A stretch of 64,000 nt of DNA from Sphingomonadales bacterium (GTDB lineage Bacteria > Pseudomonadota > Alphaproteobacteria > Sphingomonadales > Sphingomonadaceae). The translations under genes and the position numbers were made by a program. Below, one piece after another: positions 28,624 to 38,344 of this stretch; positions within the stretch are counted from its first letter, which is position 1, and every line of letters starts with the position of its first letter. The stretch spans positions 3,254 through 67,253 of the forward strand of contig JANNWX010000099.1 in the NCBI GenBank assembly GCA_031409315.1, read 5' to 3'. The notes beneath the pieces were generated by a model. That model saw only the letters and a program-made list of their open reading frames with translations. It had not been told where the DNA came from and searched no databases.

Positions 28624-30066
28624 ATGCTGAGTATGAGAGTGACGCGTTTTCGGAATTTCGTGCTGGTCTTGGCGGCTCTGACATCGGCATGCGGCGGTAG
28701 CGGAACTTCGGGCGGCGGAACAACGCCCCCCGTTGTCACGCCTCCAGCCGGAACAACCTGTTCGCTGCGGGACCGTCAGGATTGGGCCTTTTCGGTGTTA
28801 AACGAATGGTATCTGTTCCCCGAAACTCTTCCCGCCAGCCTTGATCCCGCGCCATTTTCGACAGTGGGTGCCTATGTTGACGCGCTTACGGCGACCGCGC
28901 GTTCGCAACGGCGTGACCGGTTCTTTTCCTTTGTAACGTCGATTGCCGAAGAAAACGCCTTTTTCTCGTCTGGGGCGACGGCCGGGTTCGGCGTGCGCCT
29001 TGCCTCGGATTCGGTTGCACGGCGGATATTTATTGCCGAAGCGTTTGAAGGCGCGCCCGCGCTGGCGGCTGGCGTCGACCGGAGCACGGAAATCCTGGCC
29101 ATTGGCGACACGCCGTCGGTTCTGCGCACGGTGAGTGACATCATTGCCGCCGAAGGCACGGCTGGCGTCACGGCGGCACTTGGGCCTAGCACTGTTGGCA
29201 CAACCCGGACCTTGCGCGTCACCGATGCTGGCGGCACGCGTAATGTGACCATCGCCAAGGCTGAATTCGCGCTGACGCCGGTGTCGGCGCGCTACGGCGC
29301 TAAAATCATCGATGATGGCGGCCGCAAAATTGCCTATCTTAACCTGCGGACCTTTATCTCGACTGCCGACGCGCAGTTGCGAACCGCCTTTGATCAGTTC
29401 AAGGCGCAGGGCGTTACCGATTATATTGTCGATTTCCGCTATAATGGCGGTGGCTTGGTTTCGACCGCCGAACTGATGGGGGATTTGCTCGGCGGCGCGC
29501 GAACTGCGTCTGATACTTATTCTCTCACCACGTTTCGTGCTTCAAAGGCCAGCAACAACAGCACTCGCCGGTTTTCTCCGCAGCCTGGGTCGGTTATGCC
29601 GACGCGAATCGCCTTCATCACGACGGGCGCAACGGCATCAGCCAGCGAATTGGTGATCAACAGTTTCATTCCCTATTTGGGCACCAACCTTGCGCTGGTG
29701 GGCAGCAATACATTTGGAAAACCCGTTGGCCAGATCGCTATCGACCGGGCGGCTTGTGATGACCGGTTCCGCGTTGTCGCCTTTTCCACCCAGAATTCGG
29801 CCAATGCCGGATTTTACTTTGACGGTTTGGCGTCAACCGTTCGCGCCTCGTGTCAGGCCGGGGATGATCTGACCCGCCCGCTTGGCGATGCCCGGGAAGC
29901 ATCGGTTCGCAGCGCACTCGATTTTCTGGCGGGACGGGTTTGCACACCGATTACGGCATCTGCTGGCCAAGTAAGTCAATCTGTTCGGACGGGCGCAGCG
30001 GCCCCACAAATGATGACGCCCGACAATCCTTCCGTCCCTCAACGCGAAGTGCCCGGGCTTTTTTAG
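28624..30066 (+). CDS. S41-family peptidase-like lipoprotein
   Basis: Lipobox LAALTSAC. YLNLRTF...IVDFRYNGGGLVS...TGATASASE matches the S41 core. Confidence 0.7.
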   Translation: MLSMRVTRFRNFVLVLAALTSACGGSGTSGGGTTPPVVTPPAGTTCSLRDRQDWAFSVLNEWYLFPETLPASLDPAPFSTVGAYVDALTATARSQRRDRFFSFVTSIAEENAFFSSGATAGFGVRLASDSVARRIFIAEAFEGAPALAAGVDRSTEILAIGDTPSVLRTVSDIIAAEGTAGVTAALGPSTVGTTRTLRVTDAGGTRNVTIAKAEFALTPVSARYGAKIIDDGGRKIAYLNLRTFISTADAQLRTAFDQFKAQGVTDYIVDFRYNGGGLVSTAELMGDLLGGARTASDTYSLTTFRASKASNNSTRRFSPQPGSVMPTRIAFITTGATASASELVINSFIPYLGTNLALVGSNTFGKPVGQIAIDRAACDDRFRVVAFSTQNSANAGFYFDGLASTVRASCQAGDDLTRPLGDAREASVRSALDFLAGRVCTPITASAGQVSQSVRTGAAAPQMMTPDNPSVPQREVPGLF

Positions 30067-30650
30067 CGCGAGAGCAAAAACACCGCATGTTCAGCGCGAA
30101 AGTTGGCGGCAGACTCGCTCGTCAACTTGTCGCCGCTTAGGAACCAAGCGCCCTCGACACTGATCCCACATTCTTCAACAAGCGCCCGGAAGTCGTCGAT
30201 TGTCACATGATGAATGTTGGGCGTGGCATACCAAGCAACTGGCAACAGCCGCGTTACCGGCATCCGCCCACCCCAGAGCAGAGACAGTCGCACACGCCAA
30301 TGCGCGAAATTCGGGAATGAGACGAAGGCCTTGCGCCCGATCCGGAGTAATTGTTCAAGCACAAGATCGGGTCGCATGGTGGTTTGCAGCGTCTGGCTGA
30401 GGATTGCATAGTCGAAAGCGGCATCTGGATAGTCGGCAAGGTCAGTATCGGCATCGCCCTGAATGACCGACAACCCGCGCGCAACGCATTCGGCAACATT
30501 GGCCCGGTCCAGTTCCATCCCGCGCGCATCGACGTGCTTTTCATCACGCAACGCAGCCATCAAAGCGCCGTCGCCGCAGCCGACATCAAGAATGCGCGTA
30601 GCCGCAGCGACGCTATTGGCGATGATTTGAAGGTCAGGCCGAAGTGTCAT
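30063..30650 (-). CDS. metW: Methionine biosynthesis protein MetW
   Basis: [16 protein letters not shown]-MTase-like fold. Overlaps the metX stop by 4 nt. Confidence 0.9.
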   Translation of the reverse strand: MTLRPDLQIIANSVAAATRILDVGCGDGALMAALRDEKHVDARGMELDRANVAECVARGLSVIQGDADTDLADYPDAAFDYAILSQTLQTTMRPDLVLEQLLRIGRKAFVSFPNFAHWRVRLSLLWGGRMPVTRLLPVAWYATPNIHHVTIDDFRALVEECGISVEGAWFLSGDKLTSESAANFRAEHAVFLLSR

Positions 30651-31828
30651 TGTCCACCCGCTTCCAGAAATCCGCTGACCACCCTGTCAAAATCCGGTAC
30701 CTCTAGGAAAAAGGCGTCATGGCCAAACGGGCTTACCAGTTCGACGAAGCTGACCGGCGCACCCGCCGCATTAAGGGCGTGGGCGATGGCCCGTGACTCG
30801 GTCGTGGGGTATAGCCAATCGGTATCAAAACTGATCAAGCAGAAGCGGGTTTTGGTCCCCTTGAAGGCGTTAGCGAGGTGCCCGCCAAATTCTTCCGCCA
30901 GATCAAAATAATCAATCGCGCGGGTGATATACAGATAGCTATTGGCGTCAAACCGGTCGGTAAAGCTAAGGCCTTGGTGGCGCAAATAACTTTCCACCTG
31001 AAAGTCAGCATCAAAACCGAAGCTTTTTTCGCCCAGGGGATTATCTGGTCGCCCCTGCAGGCGCCGACCGAATTTTTCGGTCAGCCCCTGTTCGGACAGA
31101 TAGGTGATATGCGCCGCCATCCGCGCGACGGCGAGGCCCGCGTCCGGCGATTCTCCGTCATCATAATAGTCGCCGTCACGCCAGTTGGGATCGGCCATGA
31201 TCGCTTGGCGCCCAACCTCGTGAAAAGCGATATTCTGTGCACTATGCTTGGCTGTCGAGGCTATGATGAGGGCGGCGGCCACCCGTTCGGGAAAATGCGC
31301 GGCCCAGCTAAGCGCCTGCATCCCGCCCATAGATCCGCCAACCACGGCGTGCAGACGATTTATGCCCAGATGATCCATCAACAACACCTGCGACCGCACC
31401 ATATCGCTGATTGTGATGACCGGAAACCGCATGGCATAGGGTTTGCCGTCGTCGGCATGGGTTTCGGGACCGGACGATCCCATACACCCGCCAATGGCAT
31501 TGGCGGCGATTACGCAAAAATGGTCGGTATCAATCGGCTTGCCCGGCCCGACCATCCGTGCCCACCAGCCCGGCTTGCCGGTGATCGAATGATTGGAGGC
31601 CACATGCTGATCCCCGGTCAGCGCATGGCAGATCAGGATAGCATTGGTCGCGCCTGCACTTAGCGTGCCGTATGTTTCATAGGCGATTTCAACGGGCGCA
31701 AGGCTGGCCCCGCCGTCCAGCACGAGCGGGCCGGGCAACGTCACACGGCGGTCAAGGCCAAAGCGGGGATCATCCATCATTGCCGGGCTGGCTAGGGCGC
31801 GAAGGCCCGCCTTGTCAACGAAAGCCAT
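30647..31828 (-). CDS. metX: Homoserine O-acetyltransferase
   Basis: [14 protein letters not shown]...[10 protein letters not shown]...SFDTDWLYP motifs. The start is uncertain (31828 or 31780). Confidence 0.9.
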   Translation of the reverse strand: MAFVDKAGLRALASPAMMDDPRFGLDRRVTLPGPLVLDGGASLAPVEIAYETYGTLSAGATNAILICHALTGDQHVASNHSITGKPGWWARMVGPGKPIDTDHFCVIAANAIGGCMGSSGPETHADDGKPYAMRFPVITISDMVRSQVLLMDHLGINRLHAVVGGSMGGMQALSWAAHFPERVAAALIIASTAKHSAQNIAFHEVGRQAIMADPNWRDGDYYDDGESPDAGLAVARMAAHITYLSEQGLTEKFGRRLQGRPDNPLGEKSFGFDADFQVESYLRHQGLSFTDRFDANSYLYITRAIDYFDLAEEFGGHLANAFKGTKTRFCLISFDTDWLYPTTESRAIAHALNAAGAPVSFVELVSPFGHDAFFLEVPDFDRVVSGFLEAGGQ

Positions 31829-31848
31829 GCACCTTACAGGCCAGCGCC

Positions 31849-32949
31849 ATGGATAGACCCCAACCAAAGTCCTGGATCATGGATATCGCGCCCTATATTC
31901 CGGGTCGCTCAACCACTGATGATGGCCGTAAAGTCGCCAAATTATCATCAAATGAAAATCCTCTGGGCACAAGCGAAAAGGCGCGCGCCGCCTTTGCCGC
32001 CCATGCTGGCAATCTGGAACGCTATCCCGATGCCAGCGCGCACGATCTGCGCGAAGCATTGGCCGCCGCCCACGGGCTTGACCCTGCCCGGATCATTTAC
32101 GGCAACGGGTCGGACGAAATTCTTCATCTGGCCGCAGGTGCCTTTGCCGGACCGGGGGATGAGATCATCTTCGTCAAATACGGCTTTGCGGTTTATGAAA
32201 TCGCAACCCGTCGGGTGGGCGCGACGCCGGTCATTGCGCCCGACAAGGATTATGCGACCGATATCGACGCGGTCCTTGCCTGCGTGACCGCACGGACGCA
32301 GATCATCTATATCGCAAACCCGAACAACCCGACCAGCACCTTTGCCAGCCGTGAAGAGATTGCGCGGTTGCACCGGTCAATACCCCCCCATGTCCTGCTG
32401 GTCCTTGATCATGCCTATGCCGAATATCTGGAGGAAGGCGAGGATGATGGCGGCATTGAGCTTGCCCAAACTACCGCCAATGTTCTGGTGACCCGCACAT
32501 TTTCAAAAATTTACGGGCTTGCCGCCGAACGGATTGGCTGGGGCTACGGGGCCAGCCCGATTATCGAGGCGATGCACCGTATCCGCCTGCCATTCAGCAT
32601 CACAATTGCCGGGCAAAATGCGGCGATTGCGGCGCTTGGGGATACAGATTTTGTGGCAAAGAGCCGCGCCCATAATGCGCTATGGCGCGGCTGGTTGGCA
32701 GGGGAGATCGCTAAGCTTGGGAATGCCGGTCTGCGCACAGTCAACAGCAAGGCCAATTTCCTGCTTGTCTTGTTTGAAGGGTGCGTGAGCGCAGAGGCCG
32801 CCTATAAGGCGCTGATGGATCATGGCTACATCGTTCGCTGGTTGCCGGGGCAGGGGCTGGGCAACGGGCTGCGGATCACCATCGGGACCGAGGCCGAGAC
32901 ACGCGGTCTGGCGGCGGCGCTCCGCACGATTGTGGCCGGGGCGGCCTGA
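31849..32949 (+). CDS. hisC: Histidinol-phosphate aminotransferase
   Basis: IAPYIPGRS...[10 protein letters not shown]...[17 protein letters not shown] (PLP lysine motif). Confidence 0.9.
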   Translation: MDRPQPKSWIMDIAPYIPGRSTTDDGRKVAKLSSNENPLGTSEKARAAFAAHAGNLERYPDASAHDLREALAAAHGLDPARIIYGNGSDEILHLAAGAFAGPGDEIIFVKYGFAVYEIATRRVGATPVIAPDKDYATDIDAVLACVTARTQIIYIANPNNPTSTFASREEIARLHRSIPPHVLLVLDHAYAEYLEEGEDDGGIELAQTTANVLVTRTFSKIYGLAAERIGWGYGASPIIEAMHRIRLPFSITIAGQNAAIAALGDTDFVAKSRAHNALWRGWLAGEIAKLGNAGLRTVNSKANFLLVLFEGCVSAEAAYKALMDHGYIVRWLPGQGLGNGLRITIGTEAETRGLAAALRTIVAGAA

Positions 32950-33863
32950 TGCTGCCATTCGCGCGGGTCACTATCATCGGTCTGGGTCTGATCGGCTCAT
33001 CGATTGCGCGCGCGATACGGGTGCATATGCCCACGGTTGCTTTGGCCGGGCATGATGCCGATCCACAGGTCAGGGAAGCCGCAAAAGCACTGAACCTTGT
33101 CGACGATGTTGCCGACACGGCGGGGGCCGCCGTCACCGACGCTGATTTCGTCATTCTCTGTGTTCCAGTCGGGGCAATGGGCATTGTCGCGGCTGAAATC
33201 CGGGATGACCTGCCGTTGGAAACGATAATCAGCGACGTTGGCTCCTCAAAAGCTGGCGTCATGTCGGCATTGCAGTCAGCATTGCCTGATCATGTGATCA
33301 TCCCCGCGCATCCGGTTGCTGGCACCGAACGCAGCGGCCCTGAGGCCGGTTTTGCCAGTCTGTTTCACAACCGCTGGTGCATAGTGACGCCGCCCGAAAC
33401 TGCTGATCCAGCCAAAGTCGCGCAGGTGCAGGCTTTTTGGGAGGCCTTGGGGGCCAATGTCGAAATCATGGATGCCGCGCACCATGATCTCATTCTCGCC
33501 ATCACCAGCCATTTGCCACATTTGATCGCCTATACGATTGTCGGCACCGCCTCTGATCTGGAAGCCGTGACCCGTTCAGAAGTGATCAAATATTCCGCGG
33601 GCGGATTTCGTGATTTCACCCGCATCGCGGCGTCGGACCCGACGATGTGGCGTGACGTGTTTTTGACCAACAAAGACGCCGTGCTGGAAATGCTCCAACG
33701 CTTTTCCGAAGACTTGAGCGCCCTGCAACGGGCGATCCGCTGGGGCGATGGCGATGCTTTGTTCGATCTGTTCACCCGCACCCGCGCCGTGCGTCGCTCA
33801 ATCATCGAACAGGGGCAGGATGATGACCGGCCCGATTTCGGACGTTCGGATCACGGTTCCTAG
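32949..33863 (+). CDS. Prephenate/arogenate dehydrogenase family protein
   Basis: VTIIGLGLIGSSIA Rossmann motif, HPVAGTE, and SHLPHLIAY. Confidence 0.85.
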   Translation: MLPFARVTIIGLGLIGSSIARAIRVHMPTVALAGHDADPQVREAAKALNLVDDVADTAGAAVTDADFVILCVPVGAMGIVAAEIRDDLPLETIISDVGSSKAGVMSALQSALPDHVIIPAHPVAGTERSGPEAGFASLFHNRWCIVTPPETADPAKVAQVQAFWEALGANVEIMDAAHHDLILAITSHLPHLIAYTIVGTASDLEAVTRSEVIKYSAGGFRDFTRIAASDPTMWRDVFLTNKDAVLEMLQRFSEDLSALQRAIRWGDGDALFDLFTRTRAVRRSIIEQGQDDDRPDFGRSDHGS

Positions 33864-33963
33864 AGTGTTTTTGAGTGAGGTGGAAACAGCGAACGGCCCG
33901 GAAAACACGGAAAACCAAGAAATTCTAGACTCTGTTTGATTCAATCTGAAACAAACAGAGTCT
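33862..33963 (+). repeat. About 100-bp double-hairpin intergenic repeat, family B, copy 1
   Basis: agagtgtttttgag...cccggaaaacac (hairpin 1) plus agactctgtttg-13nt-caaacagagtct (12-bp perfect stem). An inverted copy lies at 55810-55911. Confidence 0.85.
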
Positions 33964-34657
33964 CATTGAGGGCGTTGATGGCCTTGTGAACGCGCGGCTC
34001 CACCTCATCACGCGGCAAGCCTGGGGGGATCGGTGCGCCTACCTGCATCGTGACGATGCCCGATCGCTTGATAAAGGCACGCGGCCAGATTTTGCCCGAA
34101 TCGACTGCGACCGGAATCACCGTCAGCCCAAGAATTTTATAAAGCCCGGCAAAACCGGCGCGCAATTCGGGCTGTTCGCCGTGCGGCACCCGTGTGCCTT
34201 CCGGAAACAAGACAATCGGGCGGCCCGAATCCTTGGCAATTTTTGCCGCAGCGATCATCCGGCGCATAGCCGCGCCGCCGGCATCGCGGTCAACCGGGAT
34301 AACGCCTTGCGCCCGCGCCACATATCCCCAGCCAAACATGTCGACCAGTTCCCGCTTCATCACCACAACCGGCCGATCAAACAGCACCAAAGTTTCGATC
34401 GTTTCAAACATCGATTCATGCTTGAAAACATAAAGCGCCTGATCTTGGCTGATCTCGCCAATCACATTGACGCGGATACCCAGCAGGTGGCGTGCACACC
34501 ATCGGTGCCACAAGGCCCAATTCCGCGCACCGGCGATGACCGCATTCTGCCCAAATGGCACCGCGAGAATAGCGGCAGAAACCGTGATGACACTCCCGGG
34601 GTAGAAGATCATGTTGAACAGCAAGGATCGGACGAAGGCGGTCACTTCACAACCCAA
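33941..34657 (-). CDS. plsC: 1-acyl-sn-glycerol-3-phosphate acyltransferase family protein
   Basis: FKHESMFET (H-x4-E/D box) and FPEGTR motifs. The last 7 codons lie within repeat B1. Confidence 0.8.
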   Translation of the reverse strand: MGCEVTAFVRSLLFNMIFYPGSVITVSAAILAVPFGQNAVIAGARNWALWHRWCARHLLGIRVNVIGEISQDQALYVFKHESMFETIETLVLFDRPVVVMKRELVDMFGWGYVARAQGVIPVDRDAGGAAMRRMIAAAKIAKDSGRPIVLFPEGTRVPHGEQPELRAGFAGLYKILGLTVIPVAVDSGKIWPRAFIKRSGIVTMQVGAPIPPGLPRDEVEPRVHKAINALNETLFVSD

Positions 34658-35177
34658 ACAACACAGAAATGTGCCGCGCGATCAATTTGTTATATTCCTT
34701 GACCAGCATCGACATGCCCGGTTCGCTTTTAACCGCGTCCCCCACGACACTTGCGTCACCGTCAAGTGTGCGTTCCAGTTCAAACCGCGCGCGGCGCATA
34801 TGCCAGTCGGTCGTGACCAGCCGGACCGTGCGGAATTTGTGTTTTCGGGTCCATGCCGCAGCTTCGCGTGCGTTAGTCACTGTATCAACTGCATCCTTAC
34901 CCAAATCGATGCAGCATGCAGACAGAGAGGCCGGAACATTCTGGGCCAGATCAAACTCACTACGTTTCACAGAACGGTCTACCCCGGAAACCAAAAGCCG
35001 GTCCGCCTGGTTGGTTTCTAGCAAATGAAGCCCGTGGCTCAATCTACCGGGCGCGCCGGTTAACACAATGACTGCGTCGGTGCGCACCGGATCAGCCGGT
35101 CCGGGCAAAAAAACGGCGAACCATGCCAACCCCAAAAGCCACAAAAGGACCAGCATCGACAGTGAACGGCGAATCAT
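34647..35177 (-). CDS. DUF218 (YdcF/ElyC-like) domain protein
   Basis: DAVIVLTGAPGRLSHGLHLL...LLVSG...TVRLVTTDWHMRRA. Confidence 0.75.
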   Translation of the reverse strand: MIRRSLSMLVLLWLLGLAWFAVFLPGPADPVRTDAVIVLTGAPGRLSHGLHLLETNQADRLLVSGVDRSVKRSEFDLAQNVPASLSACCIDLGKDAVDTVTNAREAAAWTRKHKFRTVRLVTTDWHMRRARFELERTLDGDASVVGDAVKSEPGMSMLVKEYNKLIARHISVLFGL

Positions 35178-36070
35178 AATATCTGCCTTAATGCACCCAA
35201 GACCGTCGTCCGGGCGACCCCCATGGCAAGCGCGGTTCCAAGTGCTGGCAACAGCAAAATGATCAGCCAGCCTGAAATGCCCATAGCCATTGAGCCGAGC
35301 ATATCAGAACCAATCGCCGACATTCTGCTGCCCAAAACCAGCATGGTCAAACAGGCAAGCGTCAATCCGATTGTCCCGCCAAACAGAGCATCGAGTGCGA
35401 TTCGCCGCTGAAACAACCGGGCAATCTGAACATCGCTCGCCCCCAGCAAATGCATGACTTCAATCGTCGGACGGTGCGAATTGAGGGCGGCACGTGACGT
35501 CAAGACAACCACCGCCGCCGTCGCGCCCGCCATCAGTCCGACCAGCATGATGGCCAGCAGTTTGAGTGATGAAAGCAGGTTTGCCAAGGGTTCGAGCCAC
35601 TGTGCATGTTGATCGACGCGTGCGGACGGCGCAACCGAACGGATCGTCTCTGTGATCATTTCGATATCCCCGGGGGCCACGCGCTTCATGGAAATATCAA
35701 TCAGGGCCGGCACCGGCAGATCATCATCCAACCCGTCTTCGCCAAGCCAGGGGTCAAGCAGAGCGCGCACATCCTTGGCCGGAACCTCCCGCACAGTATC
35801 GACCGCCGCCAGACGAGCCAGTGAAGCGCGAACCGCGGTGACCTGCGCTGCACGGCGCGCGGCGTCGGCTTCGACAATCTGGACTGTCAACCGGCCCGAC
35901 AGATCGGCGTCAAGCGACCGGGCGGCCGCAGATAGCGACAATCCGGCAGCGGCGGCCAGAACCGTCAGAAACATCATGATCGCAATCACCCACGGCATCG
36001 GCCCGGCCAAACGGCCCTCGGGCAGCAGCCGTGCGTCAGCGGGCGGCGGTTTGAGGCTGAGGTCCATCAC
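35174..36070 (-). CDS. ftsX: Cell division permease-like protein FtsX
   Basis: Four-TM FtsX-type topology. IEVMHLLGASD motif. Overlaps ftsE. Confidence 0.8.
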   Translation of the reverse strand: MMDLSLKPPPADARLLPEGRLAGPMPWVIAIMMFLTVLAAAAGLSLSAAARSLDADLSGRLTVQIVEADAARRAAQVTAVRASLARLAAVDTVREVPAKDVRALLDPWLGEDGLDDDLPVPALIDISMKRVAPGDIEMITETIRSVAPSARVDQHAQWLEPLANLLSSLKLLAIMLVGLMAGATAAVVVLTSRAALNSHRPTIEVMHLLGASDVQIARLFQRRIALDALFGGTIGLTLACLTMLVLGSRMSAIGSDMLGSMAMGISGWLIILLLPALGTALAMGVARTTVLGALRQIL

Positions 36071-36780
36071 TGCGCTGCCGTGGTTCGCATCGGCGGGTGA
36101 CGCAGTGATCCTGTCGGATCAGAAATCCGGCCAGCCTCCAGACGCATGATCTGGGCACCCGAAATCCGGCTGAGTAAGTGTAGGTCGTGCGTTGCCACGA
36201 CAATTGTCGTTCCCAATTGATTAAGCGCGTCAAACAAACGGAGCAGGCGCGCGGCCATTTCCGGATCGACATTGCCGGTCGGTTCATCGGCAACCAGAAT
36301 ATCGGGGCGCGAAATGACGGCTCTGGCAATGGCAACGCGTTGCTGTTCCCCGCCAGATAGGGTTGCGGGCCGCGCCGACGCACGGTCACCCAGACCAACC
36401 CAGGCCAGCATTTCATTCACTGGATGATCAACCGCCTTGTCATCGGCCCCCGCCAACCGCAGCGGCAGCGCAACATTATCAAATGCCGACAGGTGAGGAA
36501 CCAGACGGAAGTCCTGAAAAACGACGCCAATCCGCCGCCGATACCGCGGCAGCCGATCCCGCCGCATCGTTACCATATCCTCTCCGAACAGCCTGATCAG
36601 GCCGCGGCTGGGCCGCTGTGACAAATAAAGCAGCTTCAAGAGTGAGGTTTTGCCAGCGCCAGACGGACCCGTCAGAAAGTAAAAACCGCCCGCAGCCAGC
36701 GAAAAGCTAAGGTCGGATAGCGTTTCTGCGCCCGTGCCATAGCGCAACCCTACATTTTCAAACTGGACGATATGCGTCAT
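36067..36780 (-). CDS. ftsE: Cell division ATP-binding protein FtsE
   Basis: [11 protein letters not shown] Walker [15 protein letters not shown] signature, ILVADEPTG Walker B. The start is trimmed to MTHIVQF. Confidence 0.9.
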   Translation of the reverse strand: MTHIVQFENVGLRYGTGAETLSDLSFSLAAGGFYFLTGPSGAGKTSLLKLLYLSQRPSRGLIRLFGEDMVTMRRDRLPRYRRRIGVVFQDFRLVPHLSAFDNVALPLRLAGADDKAVDHPVNEMLAWVGLGDRASARPATLSGGEQQRVAIARAVISRPDILVADEPTGNVDPEMAARLLRLFDALNQLGTTIVVATHDLHLLSRISGAQIMRLEAGRISDPTGSLRHPPMRTTAAQ

Positions 36781-36953
36781 TGGGGTCTCGCCATACTTTG
36801 TCGGCCGAAAACATGCGCGCGCCGACCATAGGCAAGCGCATAAATCACCCGTCGTCTGCAATCCAGCCCTGTTTGACGAATGGCGGGGTTGCAACGGACG
36901 GGCGATCAGTGCTTATGCGAACTCGTCCCGTTCGGAAAACCTGCGCCGCCCCT

Positions 36954-37694
36954 ATGATCCTGACTTGTCCCGCCTGTTCTACCCGTTACCTGGTTCCCGA
37001 TACTGCTGTCGGCCCGTCTGGCCGTCAGGTCCGCTGCGCAAAATGCCGGCATAGCTGGTTCATGCCGCAACCAACTGCGGCCACTCCGCCCATAGCGGTT
37101 GAATTGCCGCTTGAGCCGCCAAGCCCACCGCTCCGGGAATCCGCCGCGTTTCCATCGCCGCCGCCGGTTGCAGCAATGGCGCCGACACCAATGCCCGCCA
37201 CCGATGACGACCCGCATTCACAGGGCAGGGTCGTTGATGCCTTCGCCCATGAACCGCCGTTTCGCGCGCGACGCAACCCATCGCGGCGCTGGACAGCGGC
37301 GGCGGCGGCAGCGGCTGTGGTCATGCTCGGCTCGATTGGGGCAATAGAATATTTCGGGACGCCGTCCTTTCTTGCCAAATATGGCTTTCCGGTTGGTGCT
37401 GAGGAAACGCCTTTGCTGTTGGAAATTCCGCTCAAACCGTATCGCGGCACACTGAACAACGGCAACGAAGTGTTTTCGATCACCGGAAAAATCGTCAATC
37501 CGACAAGCGACAATCAGCGGGTTCCCGATATTTTAGCCGAATTGCGCGATGCGCAGGGCCGGATCGTCTACAGTTGGACCATCACGCCGCCAAAGCGGAC
37601 CGTGGCACCCAAGGATTCGATGGAATTTAACAGCGCAGAGGTGAATGTTCCCAAGGGCGCGCGCGCGCTAAACCTCAGCTTTTCGGGAGAGTGA
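36954..37694 (+). CDS. MJ0042-type zinc-finger / TM / DUF3426 protein (ZitP-like architecture)
   Basis: [16 protein letters not shown]...RCAKCRHSW, a Pro-rich linker, a TM helix, and a C-terminal DUF3426-like beta domain. Confidence 0.7.
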   Translation: MILTCPACSTRYLVPDTAVGPSGRQVRCAKCRHSWFMPQPTAATPPIAVELPLEPPSPPLRESAAFPSPPPVAAMAPTPMPATDDDPHSQGRVVDAFAHEPPFRARRNPSRRWTAAAAAAAVVMLGSIGAIEYFGTPSFLAKYGFPVGAEETPLLLEIPLKPYRGTLNNGNEVFSITGKIVNPTSDNQRVPDILAELRDAQGRIVYSWTITPPKRTVAPKDSMEFNSAEVNVPKGARALNLSFSGE

Positions 37695-37717
37695 GGCCGC
37701 TGGCGGCCGGGGCTTGT

Positions 37718-37957
37718 CTATTGAAATTCGATCAGGCGACGCCCGTCGGCGGTTGCTGTCGATGCCCGAACAATCGGTGCCTTTGAAAAATCGATCCGCG
37801 CCGCTGTGACAATCGTCGCGGATGCGGTGGCGCGCGCCAGTGCCGGACGCTGGGCGACGCTGGGCGGATCAGGGACCGGAATTGTCGCAACTGCTGCGGC
37901 GAGGAAGAGGCTTGCTATCATCGCCAAGGTTAAGACTTTGTTTACTTTTGCGCACAA
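37718..37957 (-). CDS. Small putative secreted protein
   Basis: An N-terminal hydrophobic signal-like segment is the only support. Confidence 0.3.
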   Translation of the reverse strand: MCAKVNKVLTLAMIASLFLAAAVATIPVPDPPSVAQRPALARATASATIVTAARIDFSKAPIVRASTATADGRRLIEFQ

Positions 37958-38110
37958 GGTAAATTCAAAGTTAACGGTTCAGCGCACCCCAAAATTGATC
38001 GTTAACGGCGGCGGTTCGGGCATTGCGGGCACGGATATGCTCTGCTAGAGGCTCGCGCCTACCAGCCACCGGATCGCTTGGCGCGAATTTCGGAGGTGAT
38101 GAATTCGTGT

Positions 38111-38197
38111 GCGGCCGTGGCGGAACTGGTAGACGCGCAACGTTGAGGTCGTTGTGGGCGAAAGCCCGTGGAAGTTCGAGTCTTCTCGGCCGCACCA
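38111..38197 (+). tRNA. tRNA-Leu (anticodon GAG), CCA encoded
   Basis: GCGGCCGTGGCGGAACTGGTAGACGCG...CAACGTTGAGGTCGTTG...long variable arm...CGGCCGCACCA. The 7-bp acceptor stem was checked. Confidence 0.95.
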
Positions 38198-38243
38198 AAT
38201 TTCAAATTGTCGATCATATCCCGCCCATGCGGGGCTTTCGGCT

Positions 38244-38344
38244 AGAGTGATTTCGAGTTAAATGGAACATTTAACGGCTCGGAAATCACAGTAAAACAAT
38301 AGCTTAGGCCCTCATTTTGATTCGATAAAAATGGAACAGGGTCT
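38244..38344 (+). repeat. About 100-bp double-hairpin intergenic repeat, family A, copy 1
   Basis: Near-identical to 50615-50715. gtgatttcgag-TTAAATG-gaa-CATTTAA-cgg-ctcggaaatcac hairpin plus a cattttgattcgataaaaatg hairpin. Confidence 0.9.

Noticed and set aside
31781-31900. Possible SAM-II riboswitch upstream of metX
   Set aside because: I could not find the characteristic conserved AAAGCU-type pseudoknot elements. Most of the region is hisC coding sequence.
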